Assembly (NCBI RefSeq): GCF_009914755.1
Contig: NC_060947.1
Strand: one strand, 5' to 3'
Origin: the human T2T-CHM13v2.0 reference genome, Homo sapiens
DNA: 64,000 nt
Shown one piece after another: positions 10,701-23,200 of the stretch (positions within the stretch are counted from its first letter, which is position 1; every line of letters starts with the position of its first letter). Made by a program: the position numbers and the translations under genes. The notes beneath the pieces were generated by a model. The model saw only the letters and a program-made list of their open reading frames with translations. It searched no databases and was not told where the DNA came from.

Positions 10701-13700
10701 TGGTCAAAATATACACTTGCAGATTCTACTACAAGGGTGTTGCAAACCTGAACTATCAAAGGAAGGTTCAACTCTGTGAGTTGAATACAAACATCACAAA
10801 GAATGTTCTGAGTTTGCTTCCGTTCAGTTATGGGAAGTTGATCCCGTTTCCAACGAAATCCTCAGAGAGGTCTAAATATCCCCTTGCAGATTCTACAAAA
10901 CGTGTGTTTGGAAACTGCTCCATCATAACGAATGTTCAGCTCCCTGAGTTAAACTCCATCGTCACAAAGAATTTTCTGAGAGTGCTTCCGTCTGGTTTTT
11001 ATATGAAGTTCTTTCCTTCACTACCACAGGCCTCAAAGCGGTCCAAATCTCCACTTGCAGATTCTACAAAAAGAGTGTTTGCAAACTGCTCTATCAAAAG
11101 GAATGTTCAACTCTGGGAGTTGAATGCAATCATCACAGAGCAGTTTCTGAGAATGCTTCTATGTCGTTTTTAGGAGAAGATAATTCCTTTTCCAACACAG
11201 TCCTCCAAGCCCGCTAAATAGCTACTTGCACATTGTAGAAAAAGTGTGTCAAAGCTGCGCTATCAAAGGGAAAGTTCAACTCTGTGAGGTGAATGCAAAC
11301 ATCCCAAAGAAGTTTCTGAGAATGCTTCCGTTTAGCTTTTAGGTGAAGATTATCCCGTTTCCAACGAAACCTTCAAAGAGGTCCAAATATCCCCTTGCGG
11401 ATCCCACAGAAAGAGTGTTTCGAAACTGCTGTTTCAAAAGGAATCTTCAACTCTGTGAGTTGAATGCAATCATCACAAAGAAGTTTCTGACAATGCTTCT
11501 CTCTCGTCTTTCTGTGAAGATAAAGGAAAAGGCTTTCAGGCCTTTTCCACCACAGGCCTGAAAGCGCTCCAAATGTCCACTTGCAGATTCTGCCAAAAGA
11601 ATATTTCAAAACTGCTCTATGAAAAGCAATGTTAAACTCTGTGGCTCGAACACAAACATCACAAAGCGGTTTCTGAGAATGCTTCAGTTTAGTTTTTCTG
11701 TGGAAATATTCCCGTTTCCAAAGAAATCTTCAAAGAGGTCCACGTATCCACTTACAGATTCTACAAAAAGACAGTTTCAAAACTGCTCCATCAAAAGGAG
11801 GGTTCAACTGTGTGACTTGAATGCAATCATCACTCAGAAGTTTCTGAGAATGCTTCTCTTTAGTTTTTACGTGAACATATACCCGTTTCGAACGAAGGCC
11901 AGCCAGTGGTCCAAATATCCACTTGCAGATTCTACAGAAAGAGTGTTTCGAACCTGAACTCTCAAAGGCAGGTTCATCTCTGCGAGTTAAATGCATTCAT
12001 CATGAAGAACTTTCTCAGAGTGTTTGTGTTTAGTTATGGGAAATTATTCCCGTTTCCAACGAAATCCTCAGAGAGCTCCAAATATCCACCTGCAGATTCT
12101 ACCAAAAGTGTATTTGGAAACTGCTCCATCAAAAGGCATGTTCAGCTCTGTGAGTGAAACTCCATCATCACAAAGAATATTCTGAGAATGCTTCCGTTTG
12201 CCTTTTATATGAAGTTCCTTCCTATACGACCGTAGGCCTCAAAGCAGTCCAAATCTCCATTTGCAGATTCTACAAAAAGAGTGATTCCAATCTGCTCTAT
12301 CAATAGGATTGTTCAACTCCATGAGTTGAATGCCATCCTCACAAAGTCGTTTCTGAGAATGCTTCTATCTAGTTTTTATGTGAAGATATTTCCTTTTCCA
12401 CCACAGGCCTCAAAGCCCTCCAAACGTCCACTTGCAGATTCTCGAAAAAGAGTGTTTCATAGCTGCTCTTTCAAAAGGAAAGTTCAACTCTGGGAGTTGA
12501 ATACAAACATCACAAAGTAGTTTCCGAGAATGCTTCTGTTTAGTTTTTATGTGAAGATGATCCCGTTTCCAGTGAAATCTTCAAAGAGGTCCACATATCC
12601 CCTTGCAGATTCCAAAGAAAGAGGGTTTCAAAACTGCTCCATCAGAAGGATTGTTCAACTCTGTGAGTTGAATGCAGTCATCGCAGAAAACTTTCTGAGA
12701 ATGCTTCTGTCTAGGTTTGATGTGAAGATATAGACGTTTCAAACGAAGGCTACAAAGTGGTCAAAATATACACTTGCAGATTCTACTACAAGGGTGTTGC
12801 AAACCTGAACTATCAAAGGAAGGTTCAACTCCGTGAGTTGAATACAAACATCACAAAGAATGTTCTGAGTTTGCTTCCGTTCAGTTATGGGAAGTTGATC
12901 CCGTTTCCAACGAAATCCTCAGAGAGGTCCAAATATCCCCTCGCAGATTCTACAAAACGTGTGTTTGGAAACTGCTCCATCATAACGAATGTTCAGCTCC
13001 CTGAGTTAAACTCCATCGTCACAAAGAATTTTCTGAGAGTGCTACCGTCTGGTTTTTATATGAAGCTCTTTCCTTCACTACCACAGGCCTCAAAGCGGTC
13101 CAAATCTCCACTTGCAGATTCTACAAAAAGAGTGTTTGCAAACTGCTCTATCAAAAGGAATGTTCAACTCTGGGAGTTGAATGCAATCATCACAGAGCAG
13201 TTTCTGAGAATGCTTCTATGTCGTTTTTAGGAGAAGATATTTCCTTTTCCAACACAGTCCTCCAAGCCCGCTAAATAGCCACTTGCACATTGTAGAAAAA
13301 GTGTGTCAAAGCTGCGCTATCAAAGGGAAAGTTCAACTCTGTGAGGTGAATGCAAACATCCCAAAGAAGTTTCTGAGAATGCTTCCGTTTAGCTTTTAGG
13401 TGAAGATTATCCCGTTTCCAACGAAACCTTCAAAGAGGTCCAAATATCCCCTTGCGGATCCCACAGAAAGAGTGTTTCGAAACTGCTGTTTCAAAAGGAA
13501 TCTTCAACTCTGTGAGTTGAATGCAATCATCACAAAGAAGTTTCTGACAATGCTTCTCTCTCGTCTTTCTGTGAAGATAAAGGAAAAGGCTTTCAGGCCT
13601 TTTCCACCACAGGCCTGAAAGCGCTCCAAATGTCCACTTGCAGATTCTGCCAAAAGAATATTTCAAAACTGCTCTATGAAAAGCAATGTTAAACTCTGTG

Positions 13701-16700
13701 GCTCGAACACAAACATCACAAAGCGGTTTCTGAGAATGCTTCAGTTTAGTTTTTCTGTGGAAATATTCCCGTTTCCAAAGAAATCTTCAAAGAGGTCCAC
13801 GTATCCACTTACAGATTCTACAAAAAGACAGTTTCAAAACTGCTCCATCAAAAGGAGGGTTCAACTGTGTGACTTGAATGCAATCATCACTCAGAAGTTT
13901 CTGAGAATGCTTCTCTTTAGTTTTTACGTGAACATATACCCGTTTCGAACGAAGGCCAGCCAGTGGTCCAAATATCCACTTGCAGATTCTACAGAAAGAG
14001 TGTTTCGAACCTGAACTCTCAAAGGCAGGTTCATCTCTGCGAGTTAAATGCATTCATCATGAAGAACTTTCTCAGAGTGTTTGTGTTTAGTTATGGGAAA
14101 TTATTCCCGTTTCCAACGAAATCCTCAGAGAGCTCCAAATATCCACCTGCAGATTCTACCAAAAGTGTATTTGGAAACTGCTCCATCAAAAGGCATGTTC
14201 AGCTCTGTGAGTGAAACTCCATCATCACAAAGAATATTCTGAGAATGCTTCCGTTTGCCTTTTATATGAAGTTCCTTCCTATACGACCGTAGGCCTCAAA
14301 GCAGTCCAAATCTCCATTTGCAGATTCTACAAAAAGAGTGATTCCAATCTGCTCTATCAATAGGATTGTTCAACTCCATGAGTTGAATGCCATCCTCACA
14401 AAGTAGTTTCTGAGAATGCTTCTATCTAGTTTTTATGTGAAGATATTTCCTTTTCCACCACAGGCCTCAAAGCCCTCCAAACGTCCACTTGCAGATTCTC
14501 GAAAAAGAGTGTTTCATAGCTGCTCTTTCAAAAGGAAAGTTCAACTCTGGGAGTTGAATACAAACATCACAAAGTAGTTTCCGAGAATGCTTCTGTTTAG
14601 TTTTTATGTGAAGATGATCCCGTTTCCAGTGAAATCTTCAAAGAGGTCCACATATCCCCTTGCAGATTCCAAAGAAAGAGGGTTTCAAAACTGCTCCATC
14701 AGAAGGATTGTTCAACTCTGTGAGTTGAATGCAGTCATCGCAGAAAACTTTCTGAGAATGCTTCTGTCTAGGTTTGATGTGAAGATATAGACGTTTCAAA
14801 CGAAGGCTACAAAGTGGTCAAAATATACACTTGCAGATTCTACTACAAGGGTGTTGCAAACCTGAACTATCAAAGGAAGGTTCAACTCTGTGAGTTGAAT
14901 ACAAACATCACAAGGAATGTTCTGAGTTTGCTTCCGTTCAGTTATGGGAAGTTGATCCCGTTTCCAACGAAATCCTCAGAGAGGTCCAAATATCCCCTTT
15001 CAGATTCTACAAAACGTGTGTTTGGAAACTGCTCCATCATAACGAATGTTCAGCTCCCTGAGTTAAACTCCATCGTCACAAAGAATTTTCTGAGAGTGCT
15101 ACCGTCTGGTTTTTATATGAAGTTCTTTCCTTCACTACCACAGACCTCAAAGCGGTCCAAATCTCCACTTGCAGATTCTACAAAAAGAGTGTTTGCAAAC
15201 TGCTCTATCAAAAGGAATGTTCAACTCTGGGAGTTGAATGCAATCATCACAGAGCAGTTTCTGAGAATGCTTCTATGTCGTTTTTAGGAGAAGATATTTC
15301 CTTTTCCAACACAGTCCTCCAAGCCCGCTAAATAGCCACTTGCACATTGTAGAAAAAGTGTGTCAAAGCTGCGCTATCAAAGGGAAAGTTCAACTCTGTG
15401 AGGTGAATGCAAACATCCCAAAGAAGTTTCTGAGAATGCTTCCGTTTAGCTTTTAGGTGAAGATTATCCCGTTTCCAACGAAACCTTCAAAGAGGTCCAA
15501 ATATCCCCTTGCGGATCCCACAGAAAGAGTGTTTCGAAACTGCTGTTTCAAAAGGAATCTTCAACTCTGTGAGTTGAATGCAATCATCACAAAGAAGTTT
15601 CTGACAATGCTTCTCTCTCGTCTTTCTGTGAAGATAAAGGAAAAGGCTTTCAGGCCTTTTCCACCACAGGCCTGAAAGCGCTCCAAATGTCCACTTGCAG
15701 ATTCTGCCAAAAGAATATTTCAAAACTGCTCTATGAAAAGCAATGTTAAACTCTGTGGCTCGAACACAAACATCACAAAGCGGTTTCTGAGAATACTTCA
15801 GTTTAGTTTTTCTGTGGAAATATTCCCGTTTCCAAAGAAATCTTCAAAGAGGTCCACGTATCCACTTACAGATTCTACAAAAAGACAGTTTCAAAACTGC
15901 TCCATCAAAAGGAGGGTTCAACTGTGTGACTTGAATGCAATCATCACTCAGAAGTTTCTGAGAATGCTTCTCTTTAGTTTTTACGTGAACATATACCCGT
16001 TTCGAACGAAGGCCAGCCAGTGGTCCAAATATCCACTTGCAGATTCTACAGAAAGAGTGTTTCGAACCTGAACTCTCAAAGGCAGGTTCATCTCTGCGAG
16101 TTAAATGCATTCATCATGAAGAACTTTCTCAGAGTGTTTGTGTTTAGTTATGGGAAATTATTCCCGTTTCCAACGAAATCCTCAGAGAGCTCCAAATATC
16201 CACCTGCAGATTCTACCAAAAGTGTATTTGGAAACTGCTCCATCAAAAGGCATGTTCAGCTCTGTGAGTGAAACTCCATCATCACAAAGAATATTCTGAG
16301 AATGCTTCCGTTTGCCTTTTATATGAAGTTCCTTCCTATACGACCGTAGGCCTCAAAGCAGTCCAAATCTCCATTTGCAGATTCTACAAAAAGAGTGATT
16401 CCAATCTGCTCTATCAATAGGATTGTTCAACTCCATGAGTTGAATGCCATCCTCACAAAGTAGTTTCTGAGAATGCTTCTATCTAGTTTTTATGTGAAGA
16501 TATTTCCTTTTCCACCACAGGCCTCAAAGCCCTCCAAACGTCCACTTGCAGATTCTCGAAAAAGAGTGTTTCATAGCTGCTCTTTCAAAAGGAAAGTTCA
16601 ACTCTGGGAGTTGAATACAAACATCACAAAGTAGTTTCCGAGAATGCTTCTGTTTAGTTTTTATGTGAAGATGATCCCGTTTCCAGTGAAATCTTCAAAG

Positions 16701-17201
16701 AGGTCCACATATCCCCTTGCAGATTCCAAAGAAAGAGGGTTTCAAAACTGCTCCATCAGAAGGATTGTTCAACTCTGTGAGTTGAATGCAGTCATCGCAG
16801 AAAACTTTCTGAGAATGCTTCTGTCTAGGTTTGATGTGAAGATATAGACGTTTCAAACGAAGGCTACAAAGTGGTCAAAATATACACTTGCAGATTCTAC
16901 TACAAGGGTGTTGCAAACCTGAACTATCAAAGGAAGGTTCAACTCTGTGAGTTGAATACAAACATCACAAGGAATGTTCTGAGTTTGCTTCCGTTCAGTT
17001 ATGGGAAGTTGATCCCGTTTCCAACGAAATCCTCAGAGAGGTCCAAATATCCCCTTGCAGATTCTACAAAACGTGTGTTTGGAAACTGCTCCATCATAAC
17101 GAATGTTCAGCTCCCTGAGTTAAACTCCATCGTCACAAAGAATTTTCTGAGAGTGCTACCGTCTGGTTTTTATATGAAGTTCTTTCCTTCACTACCACAG
17201 A

Positions 17202-20200
17202 CCTCAAAGCGGTCCAAATCTCCACTTGCAGATTCTACAAAAAGAGTGTTTGCAAACTGCTCTATCAAAAGGAATGTTCAACTCTGGGAGTTGAATGCAA
17301 TCATCACAGAGCAGTTTCTGAGAATGCTTCTATGTCGTTTTTAGGAGAAGATATTTCCTTTTCCAACACAGTCCTCCAAGCCCGCTAAATAGCCACTTGC
17401 ACATTGTAGAAAAAGTGTGTCAAAGCTGCGCTATCAAAGGGAAAGTTCAACTCTGTGAGGTGAATGCAAACATCCCAAAGAAGTTTCTGAGAATGCTTCC
17501 GTTTAGCTTTTAGGTGAAGATTATCCCGTTTCCAACGAAACCTTCAAAGAGGTCCAAATATCCCCTTGCGGATCCCACAGAAAGAGTGTTTCGAAACTGC
17601 TGTTTCAAAAGGAATCTTCAACTCTGTGAGTTGAATGCAATCATCACAAAGAAGTTTCTGACAATGCTTCTCTCTCGTCTTTCTGTGAAGATAAAGGAAA
17701 AGGCTTTCAGGCCTTTTCCACCACAGGCCTGAAAGCGCTCCAAATGTCCACTTGCAGATTCTGCGAAAAGAATATTTCAAAACTGCTCTATGAAAAGCAA
17801 TGTTAAACTCTGTGGCTCGAACACAAACATCACAAAGCGGTTTCTGAGAATGCTTCAGTTTAGTTTTTCTGTGGAAATATTCCCGTTTCCAAAGAAATCT
17901 TCAAAGAGGTCCACGTATCCACTTACAGATTCTACAAAAAGACAGTTTCAAAACTGCTCCATCAAAAGGAGGGTTCAACTGTGTGACTTGAATGCAATCA
18001 TCACTCAGAAGTTTCTGAGAATGCTTCTCTTTAGTTTTTACGTGAACATATACCCGTTTCGAACGAAGGCCAGCCAGTGGTCCAAATATCCACTTGCAGA
18101 TTCTACAGAAAGAGTGTTTCGAACCTGAACTCTCAAAGGCAGGTTCATCTCTGCGAGTTAAATGCATTCATCATGAAGAACTTTCTCAGAGTGTTTGTGT
18201 TTAGTTATGGGAAATTATTCCCGTTTCCAACGAAATCCTCAGAGAGCTCCAAATATCCACCTGCAGATTCTACCAAAAGTGTATTTGGAAACTGCTCCAT
18301 CAAAAGGCATGTTCAGCTCTGTGAGTGAAACTCCATCATCACAAAGAATATTCTGAGAATGCTTCCGTTTGCCTTTTATATGAAGTTCCTTCCTATACGA
18401 CCGTAGGCCTCAAAGCAGTCCAAATCTCCATTTGCAGATTCTACAAAAAGAGTGATTCCAATCTGCTCTATCAATAGGATTGTTCAACTCCATGAGTTGA
18501 ATGCCATCCTCACAAAGTAGTTTCTGAGAATGCTTCTATCTAGTTTTTATGTGAAGATATTTCCTTTTCCACCACAGGCCTCAAAGCCCTCCAAACGTCC
18601 ACTTGCAGATTCTCGAAAAAGAGTGTTTCATAGCTGCTCTTTCAAAAGGAAAGTTCAACTCTGGGAGTTGAATACAAACATCACAAAGTAGTTTCCGAGA
18701 ATGCTTCTGTTTAGTTTTTATGTGAAGATGATCCCGTTTCCAGTGAAATCTTCAAAGAGGTCCACATATCCCCTTGCAGATTCCAAAGAAAGAGGGTTTC
18801 AAAACTGCTCCATCAGAAGGATTGTTCAACTCTGTGAGTTGAATGCAGTCATCGCAGAAAACTTTCTGAGAATGCTTCTGTCTAGGTTTGATGTGAAGAT
18901 ATAGACGTTTCAAACGAAGGCTACAAAGTGGTCAAAATATACACTTGCAGATTCTACTACAAGGGTGTTGCAAACCTGAACTATCAAAGGAAGGTTCAAC
19001 TCTGTGAGTTGAATACAAACATCACAAGGAACGTTCTGAGTTTGCTTCCGTTCAGTTATGGGAAGTTGATCCCGTTTCCAACGAAATCCTCAGAGAGGTC
19101 CAAATATCCCCTTGCAGATTCTACAAAACGTGTGTTTGGAAACTGCTCCGTCATAACGAATGTTCAGCTCCCTGAGTTAAACTCCATCGTCACAAAGAAT
19201 TTTCTGAGAGTGCTACCGTCTGGTTTTTATATGAAGTTCTTTCCTTCACTACCACAGACCTCAAAGCGGTCCAAATCTCCACTTGCAGATTCTACAAAAA
19301 GAGTGTTTGCAAACTGCTCTATCAAAAGGAATGTTCAACTCTGGGAGTTGAATGCAATCATCACAGAGCAGTTTCTGAGAATGCTTCTATGTCGTTTTTA
19401 GGAGAAGATATTTCCTTTTCCAACACAGTCCTCCAAGCCCGCTAAATAGCCACTTGCACATTGTAGAAAAAGTGTGTCAAAGCTGCGCTATCAAAGGGAA
19501 AGTTCAACTCTGTGAGGTGAATGCAAACATCCCAAAGAAGTTTCTGAGAATGCTTCCGTTTAGCTTTTAGGTGAAGATTATCCCGTTTCCAACGAAACCT
19601 TCAAAGAGGTCCAAATATCCCCTTGCGGATCCCACAGAAAGAGTGTTTCGAAACTGCTGTTTCAAAAGGAATCTTCAACTCTGTGAGTTGAATGCAATCA
19701 TCACAAAGAAGTTTCTGACAATGCTTCTCTCTCGTCTTTCTGTGAAGATAAAGGAAAAGGCTTTCAGGCCTTTTCCACCACAGGCCTGAAAGCGCTCCAA
19801 ATGTCCACTTGCAGATTCTGCGAAAAGAATATTTCAAAACTGCTCTATGAAAAGCAATGTTAAACTCTGTGGCTCGAACACAAACATCACAAAGCGGTTT
19901 CTGAGAATGCTTCAGTTTAGTTTTTCTGTGGAAATATTCCCGTTTCCAAAGAAATCTTCAAAGAGGTCCACGTATCCACTTACAGATTCTACAAAAAGAC
20001 AGTTTCAAAACTGCTCCATCAAAAGGAGGGTTCAACTGTGTGACTTGAATGCAATCATCACTCAGAAGTTTCTGAGAATGCTTCTCTTTAGTTTTTACGT
20101 GAACATATACCCGTTTCGAACGAAGGCCAGCCAGTGGTCCAAATATCCACTTGCAGATTCTACAGAAAGAGTGTTTCGAACCTGAACTCTCAAAGGCAGG

Positions 20201-23200
20201 TTCATCTCTGCGAGTTAAATGCATTCATCATGAAGAACTTTCTCAGAGTGTTTGTGTTTAGTTATGGGAAATTATTCCCGTTTCCAACGAAATCCTCAGA
20301 GAGCTCCAAATATCCACCTGCAGATTCTACCAAAAGTGTATTTGGAAACTGCTCCATCAAAAGGCATGTTCAGCTCTGTGAGTGAAACTCCATCATCACA
20401 AAGAATATTCTGAGAATGCTTCCGTTTGCCTTTTATATGAAGTTCCTTCCTATACGACCGTAGGCCTCAAAGCAGTCCAAATCTCTATTTGCAGATTCTA
20501 CAAAAAGAGTGATTCCAATCTGCTCTATCAATAGGATTGTTCAACTCCATGAGTTGAATGCCATCCTCACAAAGTAGTTTCTGAGAATGCTTCTATCTAG
20601 TTTTTATGTGAAGATATTTCCTTTTCCACCACAGGCCTCAAAGCCCTCCAAACGTCCACTTGCAGATTCTCGAAAAAGAGTGTTTCATAGCTGCTCTTTC
20701 AAAAGGAAAGTTCAACTCTGGGAGTTGAATACAAACATCACAAAGTAGTTTCCGAGAATGCTTCTGTTTAGTTTTTATGTGAAGATGATCCCGTTTCCAG
20801 TGAAATCTTCAAAGAGGTCCACATATCCCCTTGCAGATTCCAAAGAAAGAGGGTTTCAAAACTGCTCCATCAGAAGGATTGTTCAACTCTGTGAGTTGAA
20901 TGCAGTCATCGCAGAAAACTTTCTGAGAATGCTTCTGTCTAGGTTTGATGTGAAGATATAGACGTTTCAAACGAAGGCTACAAAGTGGTCAAAATATACA
21001 CTTGCAGATTCTACTACAAGGGTGTTGCAAACCTGAACTATCAAAGGAAGGTTCAACTCTGTGAGTTGAATACAAACATCACAAAGAATGTTCTGAGTTT
21101 GCTTCCGTTCAGTTATGGGAAGTTGATCCCGTTTCCAACGAAATCCTCAGAGAGGTCTAAATATCCCCTTGCAGATTCTACAAAACGTGTGTTTGGAAAC
21201 TGCTCCATCATAACGAATGTTCAGCTCCCTGAGTTAAACTCCATCGTCACAAAGAATTTTCTGAGAGTGCTACCGTCTGGTTTTTATATGAAGTTCTTTC
21301 CTTCACTACCACAGACCTCAAAGCGGTCCAAATCTCCACTTGCAGATTCTACAAAAAGAGTGTTTGCAAACTGCTCTATCAAAAGGAATGTTCAACTCTG
21401 GGAGTTGAATGCAATCATCACAGAGCAGTTTCTGAGAATGCTTCTATGTCGTTTTTAGGAGAAGATATTTCCTTTTCCAACACAGTCCTCCAAGCCCGCT
21501 AAATAGCCACTTGCACATTGTAGAAAAAGTGTGTCAAAGCTGCGCTATCAAAGGGAAAGTTCAACTCTGTGAGGTGAATGCAAACATCCCAAAGAAGTTT
21601 CTGAGAATGCTTCCGTTTAGCTTTTAGGTGAAGATTATCCCGTTTCCAACGAAACCTTCAAAGAGGTCCAAATATCCCCTTGCGGATCCCACAGAAAGAG
21701 TGTTTCGAAACTGCTGTTTCAAAAGGAATCTTCAACTCTGTGAGTTGAATGCAATCATCACAAAGAAGTTTCTGACAATGCTTCTCTCTCGTCTTTCTGT
21801 GAAGATAAAGGAAAAGGCTTTCAGGCCTTTTCCACCACAGGCCTGAAAGCGCTCCAAATGTCCACTTGCAGATTCTGCGAAAAGAATATTTCAAAACTGC
21901 TCTATGAAAAGCAATGTTAAACTCTGTGGCTCGAACACAAACATCACAAAGCGGTTTCTGAGAATGCTTCAGTTTAGTTTTTCTGTGGAAATATTCCCGT
22001 TTCCAAAGAAATCTTCAAAGAGGTCCACGTATCCACTTACAGATTCTACAAAAAGACAGTTTCAAAACTGCTCCATCAAAAGGAGGGTTCAACTGTGTGA
22101 CTTGAATGCAATCATCACTCAGAAGTTTCTGAGAATGCTTCTCTTTAGTTTTTACGTGAACATATACCCGTTTCGAACGAAGGCCAGCCAGTGGTCCAAA
22201 TATCCACTTGCAGATTCTACAGAAAGAGTGTTTCGAACCTGAACTCTCAAAGGCAGGTTCATCTCTGCGAGTTAAATGCATTCATCATGAAGAACTTTCT
22301 CAGAGTGTTTGTGTTTAGTTATGGGAAATTATTCCCGTTTCCAACGAAATCCTCAGAGAGCTCCAAATATCCACCTGCAGATTCTACCAAAAGTGTATTT
22401 GGAAACTGCTCCATCAAAAGGCATGTTCAGCTCTGTGAGTGAAACTCCATCATCACAAAGAATATTCTGAGAATGCTTCCGTTTGCCTTTTATATGAAGT
22501 TCCTTCCTATACGACCGTAGGCCTCAAAGCAGTCCAAATCTCCATTTGCAGATTCTACAAAAAGAGTGATTCCAATCTGCTCTATCAATAGGATTGTTCA
22601 ACTCCATGAGTTGAATGCCATCCTCACAAAGTAGTTTCTGAGAATGCTTCTATCTAGTTTTTATGTGAAGATATTTCCTTTTCCACCACAGGCCTCAAAG
22701 CCCTCCAAACGTCCACTTGCAGATTCTCGAAAAAGAGTGTTTCATAGCTGCTCTTTCAAAAGGAAAGTTCAACTCTGGGAGTTGAATACAAACATCACAA
22801 AGTAGTTTCCGAGAATGCTTCTGTTTAGTTTTTATGTGAAGATGATCCCGTTTCCAGTGAAATCTTCAAAGAGGTCCACATATCCCCTTGCAGATTCCAA
22901 AGAAAGAGGGTTTCAAAACTGCTCCATCAGAAGGATTGTTCAACTCTGTGAGTTGAATGCAGTCATCGCAGAAAACTTTCTGAGAATGCTTCTGTCTAGG
23001 TTTGATGTGAAGATATAGACGTTTCAAACGAAGGCTACAAAGTGGTCAAAATATACACTTGCAGATTCTACTACAAGGGTGTTGCAAACCTGAACTATCA
23101 AAGGAAGGTTCAACTCTGTGAGTTGAATACAAACATCACAAAGAATGTTCTGAGTTTGCTTCCGTTCAGTTATGGGAAGTTGATCCCGTTTCCAACGAAA

